A DNA stretch of 64,000 nt from Oopsacas minuta (taxonomy: Eukaryota > Animalia > Porifera): NCBI GenBank assembly GCA_024704765.1, contig JAKMXF010000339.1, forward strand, positions 1 through 64,000, given 5' to 3'. The translations under genes were made by a program, and so were the position numbers. This document shows positions 13,462-23,351 of this stretch, piece after piece; positions within the stretch are counted from its first letter, which is position 1, and each line of letters opens with the position of its first letter. Below the pieces are notes generated by a model. That model was not told the DNA's origin. It saw only the letters and a program-made list of their open reading frames with translations, and did not search any database.

Positions 13462-16400
13462 CACAGTGGTTTGAATGCACAGAATAGACAAAAAATAGAT
13501 TTCATTTTTAATGGTTTAAACTCGTTCTTGTTTGTTTGAATAATGTTAATTTCAAATTTCAATTCGATCGAATACATATAGCTCTCACAATATGAATTTA
13601 AAGAATCAATCAAAAATAGTTCTATTTGCGGTTTCAGTAATGCTAATATTAGCACCAATTTAAGTTTACTTGAGAACGTCACAGAATTCTCCGAATCTAA
13701 TTTATTTTATTTCCTCAACACAATTCAGTTATGCTAATCTGATTTCCCATTTTCGTCAGTGTCTCTTTACTAATTTGGATTCAAAGTTGATTTGATTAAT
13801 GGTACTTTAGAGGTACAATATTTTTTAAAAAAGAACTTCCAAATGACCGCAAAAAAAACACCACAAAACACCACTTAGAAATTAATTCCAAAATGGCATT
13901 ATAATATCTAGAAAGACATATTAAAATGATACGCCCCGAAACAGTGCGCAACATGAAAAATTTCAGCGAATTCCATTGTTACCTTTTTGTTGCTATGCAA
14001 GTTATATGCTAAATTTATCTACTCGATTGCAGCATTCCAATTACCAATAAATCTAATATATGAATACATGATTAATATGACATTAACAAATTGAATTTAC
14101 TGATAATCAACCGTTTACTACGTTTTCAATGACTCAAGAACTAACTTTCCCTAACTCTCATCTTGAATTTGCGAGGATATTGAAAGACAACAACAATTGT
14201 ATCTCGACGACACTCAGTTTATTTGAGCAGAACTTTCAAATGGACTTCGAAGAAAGGAAACAATTGGAAGCAACGCTCCTCCGAGTAAGAACCAGGATCA
14301 GGAAGTCAAAGAAATCGCTAGATTGCTTAGAGGGAGACTGGTGGCATTGTGGTATATCCATGGAACCAGAGTTGAAGAGGAACCATTTTTATGATACCGT
14401 TGAGCTGTCCTCAGATGATGAAGAAGTCATATCCACACTCTGCAAACCATAGGAAGAGTATTGACAATCTCACGATGCAACAACAACGCTCACGACTCTC
14501 AAATGTCTTGGAATCTATCAAAGCACTCTCAATCGTTGAGAATACTTCAGAAATCAAGATAGCTGCACTTGCCTTGCAACTACTATCGAACCAAACAAAA
14601 CAGCGAGAAATAGCTAAAGTTTCAAAATCTGTAGTCTATAACAAGTTTTCTGGTCAATTCGGTAAAATATTGAAGAAAGAGCTCGATGTTACCAAGACAG
14701 TGTTCCTTGTAGATCTCCTAGAAATTGGCAGGAGGAAATACACACAACTCCGACATCACTTGCTATCTAGCGATATTCGTTTCCCGGCATACTATAGGGT
14801 AGTAGAAGAAAGAAACAGCATAATTTTACGTTCGGATATTCAGATGTACCCCAATCCTGAAACTCCACTTGGTGTATATATGCCATATGCCCATCACGTC
14901 CGCCATACTTTTTGCAGGCTTATGTCTACGCTACCGCCACCCCAGCTCAAGATTTTCCCCTGCAATTCCAGATAGCAGACGGATTAGATGGCTCTGGAAG
15001 TCACACTGTATATAATCAATCAAACACGAATACAGATACTAAGTCGTTTATCTTATTCTGTTTCAGAGCTGTAAAGATAATAAGCAATATCGGTCGCGAA
15101 CTCTGGAAAAATAACACTCCCAATTCTCCTTTTGCTCAACGTCCGATTTTCCTCCTCGCTGCGAAAGAAAACGAAGCTAATATCAAGCGATTTATGGACG
15201 ATCTAATCAATACTGATACTGATCTTATGAGAAGTGAAGGATTTACTCTTGGCCCTGATCAGCAAGTACGAGTCGACATTGTTCGATCAATGCTTGATGG
15301 GAAAATGGCAGGAATTCTATCTGGGGCAAGTGGGGCAAGTTGTCAATTATGCACAGCAACACACAAGGAACTCAGTGATCGTGAGTTGATAATACAGGGA
15401 TTTCCTATCAACAGGCACATTACTGATGCAATTCAACTTTTCGGTGAAATAGAAGACAGCCATTCGTTCTTCTCACTTCCTTCAAACCAACGTTGTAACA
15501 TAACGCACGAACCAACTTCAACAATAAACATCCTTCCAGCATCTCCGTTACACTCGTACACTCGCATTTTCAGGTGGTTCAATCTACTAATTTATCATTT
15601 GAATTGTGGAAAACGTACATGGTCACCGACATCTTTGGCGATAAAAAATTCAATGATATTTGTCAGAAATCTGATTGAAGAGAAGACAGGAATGAGGATA
15701 GATCAGCCGAATGCAAGTGGTGGCACTAGCTCTACTGGTAGTGTAGCTCGTCGAGCATTTTCCTGTGATTCGAAATACATTGAGTGTGTATGGTCAGTTG
15801 TTGAAACAGAACACAAAGAAACACTTTCAAAACTACATACACACTTGTCAGCTATTCTTCGAATAATCAATTCAGACAGGATCATTAACACCGAGGTCTT
15901 TGGTGATCTATGCACCGATACATATCTCTTGATCGTTGATTCATTACCTTGAGTGAGCATTACCCCAACATTACACAGGGTACTAGCTCATTCAGAAGAA
16001 ATTTTGAAAGAGTTCAACCTTGGGCGAGGTCTGAAAAGTTTCTCTGAAGAGGGATCCGAGGCATGCAAACAAGTTACTAGGAAAGTATAGGGAGAATCTT
16101 GCGAGGAAGTCTTCATTTGAAGATAATGCAATGGACATTTTCGTGAGACTGGCCTCTGAAAGTGACTGTGTATTGAATCAATTTCATTCAAGTTTAGTTT
16201 GTGAAAGGTGTGGGGAACACGGCCACACAAAAAGAGCAAGTGTTGTAGGGATAATACCGAAAATAGATTACTAGATTCTTCCATAGACGAAATTGTTGAT
16301 TCACTTATAATTAATTCATAGATTCATTAAAATGTTAAATCTATACACTCTTATCCAAATACTATACAGGGTAATAGTATATATACAGAGTAGGAGATTT

Positions 16401-16628
16401 TTCTTATGAAGTGGAAATTTCTATGAGTTTTATTAAATAATTTTTAAAATGTGACGTCATCATAATATGTGATGACGTCATATCCAGAAATCTAGAAGCC
16501 ATAGAAGAAATTTGATTACCCCATTCGATTCTTCGGATACGATAACCTATTCGCAAATAATACATTGCATATGGCTATCTGGTACTAGAATACCTATTCT
16601 TTACTAACTCCCATTTTAAACCACTGTG
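13462..16628 (+). mobile_element. Transib / RAG1-like DNA transposon, 3167 bp, with RSS-heptamer ends
   Basis: Left end CACAGTGGTTT (13462-13472) and right end AAACCACTGTG (16618-16628). Perfect 5-bp TSD TATAG at 13457-61 and 16629-33. Encodes a RAG1-core-like transposase. Confidence 0.95.
14129..16321 (+). pseudogene. Transib/RAG1-like transposase, ~730 codons, with four frameshifts (~14450, ~14940, ~16067, ~16234) and one nonsense codon (15950)
   Basis: GLDGSGSH (D at 14987, RAG1 D600-like), MLDGKM (D at 15296, D708-like), SCQLC (C727/C730-like), TPTLHRVLAH (H937/H942-like), SEEGSEACNK (E at 16058, E962-like) and ...RENLARK. C-terminal CERCGEHGH motif. Confidence 0.93.
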
Positions 16629-18059
16629 TATAGACTAATAATAATCTGAAAAATGGTCGGTTAGTAAACAATACTGTTCAACTTATAACGACTTCAATGG
16701 AATTACTGAGGAGGAAAAACTTTTGAGACACCCTGTAGATGTTAGCATTCAAATTGCAGTTTACCTCAACAAGTGGTCCTATTTTATCAAATCCGATACA
16801 TCCCCAAAACATTAGACTCCCACTCCCTCCGCTAACAGTTTTTATAGTCCATTCTGACAAATATCGTTCGTTTTTTGCCGCCATACTTTGATTCTTCCCT
16901 CGAGGTCATTAGGTTGAACTTGAATTCGTCTGAAAATATATATCCACTCCATTTGTTATCTTCTCAATCTTTATCCATTATATAATAAGCTAACCTTTTC
17001 TTTTTATTTCTGGCTGAAACTAATTGTTTTCTACAGTACTTGGTCATAGTAATAGGTCTATAATATAATAGATTAATTTATGGGAGGTATAAAGTAAGTA
17101 GTCATATACAAGCCATAATTACTAGTGATGAAAATATAATCAGTTTGCTACAAAACACAGATGGTTGAACATAAATGAATTGAATACATAAGCCACTGAA
17201 GTATATAACGTGTAACAATAAAGTGATTGTGCAAAATACTTTTGTCCGCTTAGTGTATACCTCCTGGTTGACCTGATTTATGATGAATGGTAAGGATGTT
17301 TTGGGGGCTTTTAGATGTTGCAATAACAGCAAGCCAAATTGAACCGCATCTTTGTGATATTGGAGAATTTGAGGATGTTCCAACACACCAACTTTTCGGT
17401 AGCTCTGACCAGGTTAATAAACGATTTATTTACAAGTACGCCACTGTATGTCCTTTTGTCATTTCTGATGAAAGTATCATACAATATTTGCAAAGTCCTC
17501 CACCACCAGCAGGACTGTACACTTACCACCCATATCGTTCCAGCCAAGAGTGCTGGAAGACGAGAACTTCTGTTTTGTTTTCCACGAACAATCGTCTGTT
17601 TGATAAACGACTGGAAAAATTTCCTGGGAGTAAAGTGGTGTGACAGATAGTTTTCCTACATCATAAAATGATATTTTGAAAGCAGACTCATTTACTATGA
17701 AGTCTGAATCCTGTGGGGATGAATTCGTGACATCTGGAACATAGGGCTCAGTGAATATATTAACTCCTGATGAAGTAATCGAAACATCTATCACATTCGG
17801 TGAGTTAGAAATTTGAATATCTTGGGAATGCACTGAAGAAGTAGTACCTGCTTCAGGTGGTTGAGAGTTGCTAGTGGGCTGTATCTCGATAACCAATTCT
17901 CTTTCGTTAATGTTACTCCTTGCTCTCTTTGGTATGCTAAACGCCAACAATGTTTGTTGTAATTCAGGAGCATCTCTCTTCTGAGCCGACATTCAGTTTA
18001 GACCTGAAAATCAAAATGTATATAGATGTTCGAGTGAATACGAACAAAAATGATATAAA

Positions 18060-18713
18060 ACTAATGTGACCGATATTTATTGAAGGATGAGTTTGAAGCC
18101 ACAGGATAATTCCACGTCAATTCATCCAGCCATTTCACCAACATCTTACTCCGAGTAGGAGAAGGCACTAAACGTGAGAAGGAATCTAACATGATTCACC
18201 TAGATACTGAGTATGTAGAACGCTATGAAATTAATGGAGATTTGGCCGCTAATATTAATGGAGATATCAAAGAAAATACAATGGTCGTAATTATATTACT
18301 TCACATACCATGATGTCTCCTAAAAACGCAACAACTGAATACTTCGACGACAATAATATGAACCATCTTCCCTGGAGATACATATGTCTTGTTGAGCGCG
18401 GACTCAGTAGAGCAGGCTCATGCAGCTATATATCCAAATAAATCCCTACATTCCATTACACCATCTAGCTTGCCTCCGCACCGACTTAACTTTAAGATGA
18501 ATGCTTATATAATCTTTGTGCGTAGTCTCGATCCTTCGCAAGCCATGTGCAATTTTCTTCGCTTGACTGTGAGATCATTCTTAATCAATGTCATCGACGC
18601 AGAATTCGCCACAGGCGTCCATCACGGGTACGAATGTTTTTCCATTACTAATCATCATGCCTTCCCAGTTGGAAGCAATTCCCTCTTCGCCCTACCTTCT
18701 ATATCACTAATAA
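18060..18713 (+). mobile_element. Helitron segment 3 (Pif1 helicase middle region)
   Basis: FTNILLRVGEG, PKNATTEY...LPGDTYVLLSADSV, and SITPSSLPPHRLNFKMNAYIIFVRSLDPSQAMCN..RLTV (canonical LPPH.L.LK....MLLRNL....GLCNGTRL). Confidence 0.88.
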
Positions 18714-20679
18714 CACAGGTCAACAAACAATTCGTTACTTAAGATGTTAGATCCGTTTCTATGTATATTTGCCTCGGTGAATATGAAAATGGCATCGGCT
18801 TATCCGAATTGACTCTAGTTTTGCGATACCTAATGTTAAATTTGGCGTGATAAGTATAAAAATAGTTAAGATATACTACAAATGAATATCTTCACATTAG
18901 TAGTGGCATGGTACTCCAGTAGTGACATATAGCTTAATATGCTTCCAAGTGTAAAATTTGAATTATTGAAATTTGGAGTTTTTGAATGTAACTATTAACT
19001 GTAAAACCGAACATGTGGGAAGTATAATTTATCATTATAGCTACCCCGTATGAAATACATTGATCATTGTTAAAACAATGAATCGGTTAAAAGTAAAAAT
19101 ATTAAAAAGAATACTAAACTTGTGTATTGAAGAACATTTAAAAATCGTCTCTTTTTTGATTTTCTGTAATGGGATATCAGAGGGCAACCTCTCTGGAGGC
19201 TCCAACAGTAATCTGCCATCATGTGGGTTTCCCACCTGCCTCCCTATCTCTTCAATGACCTTGATGTCCTGATGAAACCTTTCCCCCTGTTCCTCACTTA
19301 AATCCCCAAGGTTTTTAGGAAATGATCCAGGTGGCTAAATAGATAGTGAACTTTGATGCTCATGTTAACACCTAAATCTTTAAATTTGGAAAGCATGTCA
19401 TTGACCAAATCTATGTGCTTGGTAACTTTATTATTACCAAAGAAGTTATTGACTACCCAAAATGCACAACACGCAGAAGACTCTAAATTAGTCATGGATT
19501 GGACGAAACCAGTGTTTCTTATGGGACTGCGGATCTGAGGACCATCAAAGATCCCTGTTTTCAGTTTTTCATTGCTCATTGCTGGAAATGATCTGCAAAT
19601 GTACTTGAAACAGGAGCCGTCTTTATCTAGAGATTTTACGAATTGCTTCATTAAACCCAACTTGATGTAGAGAGGTGGAAGAATGATTTTTTTCTTTAGG
19701 AACCAATGGTTCATACGGAATGTTTTGCTTCTCCAACTGTTAGATGAGTTCTCAAGGGCCATACTTTATTTACCCAATCATCTTTGCGGGCTCTGCTGTC
19801 CCGTAATCATATTAATTCAAGGGTACTTATTGTATCCACCTCAGTGGCCAAGTAGAAAGTTTACAATCTTGAGATCAACACATATCAACCACTTGTGTTC
19901 ATGATATCTCAATTTTTGAATACCATTTAAATATTTTCATACTCCTCCTTAAGCTTTGTTGAATGTCCAATTAATAATAGATGCATATTTATTTACATTG
20001 TGGAAATAAAACGCACTTCAAGCATCTATATCAATGAATAGACGCCGATCTTCTGGTCTATATTGTGGTGCTCCCATTTCCAGGAGAAGTCCTCCAATGT
20101 CATTGCAGAAGACGAGGCCATCTTGTTGGCTAAAGTAATGAAGTAATCCTTCTCTATGATGATAATATGTTATCTTAGTTCCAGGGCTAAGAATATTCTG
20201 CTCATTGAGCCTGGATGCAAAAATTTCTGAACACTCTTTAGACAGGTTGAAGTTCCTGATTAGATCATTGAGCTCTTCCTGATTGAACTGACCAAATAAT
20301 AAAGAGCTGTCTTGTCTCCAAGCTTTAGTTCAAAGTAAGCAAAGTATCCCTTTCGCACGAAGAATGAGATACCTCTTCTCTGATCTTTCAAAGTATGTTC
20401 ACCATTTATGTAACAGAACGTATTAGGATCACTATAACATTTCTTCTTGAGGATGCCATAGAGTTAGAATATGCTAGATGCTTATAATTATAAAAGTATT
20501 TATTAAATTGAATATACATTTGAAAAAGGTAACTAACAGTATATACATAAATGTGGACCAAAATCAAGAGCCAATCCAGTAAAACCGATGTCATTTTCGA
20601 ACTCACCACAGCAAATATAGTCTAAATTCAATCTAAAATCTTAGGCAACAGAAACAAAAATATTTTTTGTTAGCCTGTG
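18714..20679 (-). mobile_element. CMC-superfamily Chapaev3-type element with decayed, partly deleted transposase
   Basis: Termini CACAGGTCAACAAACAA versus CACAGGCTAACAAAAAA (14/17) and a 3-bp TSD TAA (18711-13, 20680-82). N-terminus MASSRR.CYSDPNTFCYI.GE...YFAYFELKLGD. Core LPPLYIKLGLMKQFVKSLD...GIFDGPQIR and EEQGERFHQDIK. Confidence 0.88.
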
Positions 20680-20682
20680 TAA

Positions 20683-20880
20683 TACAGGGCAAGGTCAAAG
20701 TTTGGAATCTGAAGGAATATTTCTACCATCTCCCGCTGCTATTTCATTCACGTCCAATTTTTCGTGGCATTGAGTAGAATACAGAACCCTAAGGTTTGAA
20801 GATTATTGTATCTGGGGTAACTTCTCCCAATCAGGAAATGTATCGGTTAGAAACCTAGTTTCTAGAGAAGTATTCCAATA
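20683..20880 (+). mobile_element. Helitron segment 4 (helicase C-terminus)
   Basis: Joining across the Chapaev3 TSD gives TNNTGQGQSL (canonical TINKSQGQSL), followed by VALSR- and RNLVSREVF-like terminal motifs. Confidence 0.8.
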
Positions 20881-21202
20881 CTATCTTGGTAATATCCACC
20901 CATCCCTCCATGACACAACTAATGCTTCTTTAATTGATTTGTCATTGACTGATACTAACCTCTCTAACCCAGAGCAAGATGGTAACACAGTAAGTATTAA
21001 CTTAGTTTCTCTCTCATAGTCTGTCAATAGCTTTACTATACCCATGCGAATGCAATTAGTACACAGTATAAGCATAAATTATAGACAAATATTATCTACA
21101 GGAACTAATAAAACTCACATTATATCTAGCAGTAAACAAGAATACTCCTGTGTCCCTGGATATAAGGTTATCACAGTTGTTTTCAATATTAACTTATATC
21201 TT

Positions 21203-21476
21203 GAAATAGCTGACGGTAATTGCTTCTACTTAGCCCTCTTTCATATTATTTCGGTACAAAAACATTGAATAACTAATTGAAAACTATCTTACGAAGAACA
21301 AATACTAAACGTAATGTATGTTCGGCAATTACTTTTGAGCAGGAATTGTGCTATCATTTGGGCAACAATATATTGCAGCACGAATGGGAACTTATGTTGA
21401 ATTAGCTATTTTAGGAGCTCTAGTTCTAATAGATCTATTAGTCTTCAATGCTACTCATGATAATTCTCATTATTAA
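21203..21476 (+). pseudogene. OTU-like cysteine protease remnant
   Basis: IADGNCFYLAL (DGNC at 21212). In a later frame QYIAARMGTYVELAILGALVLIDLLVF...NSHY* (HY at 21468-73), matching the OTU Cys-loop, W/G-xxx-E helix and His-loop pattern. Disrupted. Confidence 0.55.
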
Positions 21477-21625
21477 AGAATTGACAGCGAATTGATGCAG
21501 GACAACTTACTGATCCCAGCACAATGCCACTCTGTATATGGCGGTCAGAAAAAGATTGTTATATTACCTCAGCTTCATAAGAGTACAGGACTGTTTCATT
21601 TCGATCCATTCAATTTTATGTAGTG

Positions 21626-22940
21626 CAAGGGTTGTTCAATAAATAATGAGACTTTTTTCATTATTCATTTAGTAAACCTATACTATCATAATTGATTCTC
21701 AAATGTTTCGATAAATTCCCCCTTTAACTTCATACATCGTTTTCATCGTTCTGGTAGCTTTTCCAGTCCAGTGGTATAGAATTCTTTAGGGGTCCCTTTT
21801 TCTCACTGTTTTATTTCATACTCCAGCCGTTTGAAATCCTCAAATCTCTTCCCTCAAAGAGGTCTTTTCATCTCTCCAAACAACCAGTAGTGGCTGGGAG
21901 CCAGGTCTGGACTATACGGGGGATGGAAGGCATTCGAATCCTAAGCAGTCAATTGCAGCCATTGTCTTGGAGCTTATATGGACCTTGCGTTGTCATGTTG
22001 CAGCAATACGCCACGTGTCAACTTGCCCCGCTCCTCACGTTTAATCGCTTGACGCAATTCTTTCAATTCGTCGACGTAACAATCATGTTTATGGTTGCCT
22101 TCTCAGGCAAGCAGTCGAGGTGTATAATTCTTTCCCTATCCCAAAATACTGTCGCCATTATTTTCCCTGCTGATTTTGCGACCTTTACCTTGATGGGTAC
22201 AGATTGTCACGGCTCTTCCACTGCTTTGATTTAGTTCTGCTCTCTGGTTCATAATAAGGAAACCAAGTTTCATCCCCCGTTAGGCCGTTACTATACAATC
22301 CAAAAAGTCTTCCTCTGTCTTGTATCTTGAAAGTAATTCTTTGCTAAGTTTGACCCTTTCGCGTTTTTATTCATTTGAAAGAAGTTTTGGGACCCAACGC
22401 GCAGTTACCTTCGACATTTCCAGATCTTCAGCGATAATTAAGTGTAGTGTGGCTTTTGATATACCTACCCTCTTTTCTAACTCTTACAGGGTAATTCGTC
22501 TGTCCTCGTCCAAAATTGTTTGGACCCTCTCGATATTACTGCGGGTTTTTGAGGAAGTCGGACGACCTGGACGAGGGTCATCGTGGAGTTCCTCATCGCC
22601 ATTATCAAAACGTTCGATCCATCTATATATGGTGGCTTTCGAAGGGCATTCATCACCGAATATATCCTGCATTTCACGAAGAATGTATGAGCCAGTCTTC
22701 CCCTTTTACCACAGGTACCAAATTATTTGTCGTTTCCTTCATTGCTAAAATCCATTAGTTGAAAAGAGTAGCCTATACAAATGAAACTATATACTGAAGA
22801 ATATGCTAGTAGAGTAAAGAGTATATTGTATCGAAATTATACAATCAAGTTAGCCTTGTAATCTGATATTAGGCTAAGAGCTGTATTAACTAGAATATGA
22901 ATTCGATACATTAGTCTCATTACTTACTGAACAACCCTTG
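21626..22940 (-). mobile_element. Full-length mariner (DD34D) element, decayed
   Basis: 28-bp TIRs CAAGGGTTGTTCA(A/G)TAA(A/G)TAATGAGACT with 2 mismatches; TA on the right, TG on the left. Motifs DDPRPGRP, WVPKLL, GDETW, HDNAR and HPPYSPDLAPSDYWLF. Confidence 0.93.
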
Positions 22941-23351
22941 TATCTTGTATGTCATTTAGAATCCGATTGTGCTGATAATTTTGGTACATGCGGTTGAGAA
23001 AAAAGTATTTCTGTTATCACCCAATGTGCAATAACTTTTGTCGCGTAACGGATGCCTGTCCAATTTTAACGATGTATTTGGATCAAACTAATGTTAAATT
23101 ATAAATCCCATACATAGTAAACTCACGAGTAACCAACACAACAAACATGTAAACAACTGATGAAAAACAGATTAAAATATATTTGGTAAGTACCTTCCTT
23201 TGAATATTACTTGATAAATCTACATACATAATATAAATTGTAATTCACCACCACTCTGATTTGTAGATGCGTACATACTTTATTGGAGAAGATTTATATA
23301 TGGATACTGGAACAAAGTATTATTCCAAAGACTTATATTATGAATAAGGTA

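Larger units (their letters stand above)
12229..16735 (-). mobile_element. Tc1-superfamily DD37E (TRT-like) element (own sequence 12229-13461 plus 16634-16735), interrupted upstream of its ORF by the Transib
   Basis: 16-bp TIRs (T/C)AGGGTGTCTCAAAAG at 12229-12244 and 16720-16735. TA at 12227-28 and 16736-37. HTH region in ORF 12935-13480. FMQDGAPAH...FWEKGV*PSNSPDFNPIENLW gives D-x37-E, with a TGA at the Trp position. Confidence 0.92.
11880..17255 (-). mobile_element. Internally deleted Tc1-type element (own sequence 11880-12228 plus 16738-17255) hosting another Tc1 and the Transib
   Basis: TIRs CGCTAAGCGGACAAAAGTATTTGCAC (11880-11905) versus 17229-17255 (1 mismatch, 1 indel). TA flanks at 11878-79 and 17256-57. 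Transposase remnants LMFWGCIG...NANIY (16740-16820) and FMQENALCHRA (~12120-12155). Excision restores the host hAT frame (EVY-MKNRH). Confidence 0.88.
7717..17992 (-). mobile_element. TTF-zinc-finger/ZMYM-type hAT element split into segments 7717-9364, 11571-11879 and 17258-17992 by nested insertions
   Basis: N-terminal TTF-like finger (FQHSWLERYGWLVYS...LCKYC) at ~17480-17580. KNRH...LCGEQKLSLRGHRDD at ~11785-11875. FFAIMA|DEVTD across the 9365-11562 insert. RGQSYD, HCNSHVLTL and the dimerisation motif LPIGSCESERSFSCL are in ORFs 8892-9401 and 7854-8240. A probable TIR CAGCCGGTCCCAGGATTT starts at 7717; the other TIR was not found. Confidence 0.85.

Noticed and set aside
13462-16628. A RAG2-like partner gene, which would make this a ProtoRAG-type two-gene transposon
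   Set aside because: Only ~670 bp precede and ~300 bp follow the transposase inside the TIRs. No kelch- or PHD-like ORF is seen on either strand, and there is no room for one.
21030-21070. Helitron 3' hairpin/CTAG terminus
   Set aside because: Only a degenerate CCCATGCG...TTAGT is present, with no convincing stem, so the 3' boundary is left undefined.
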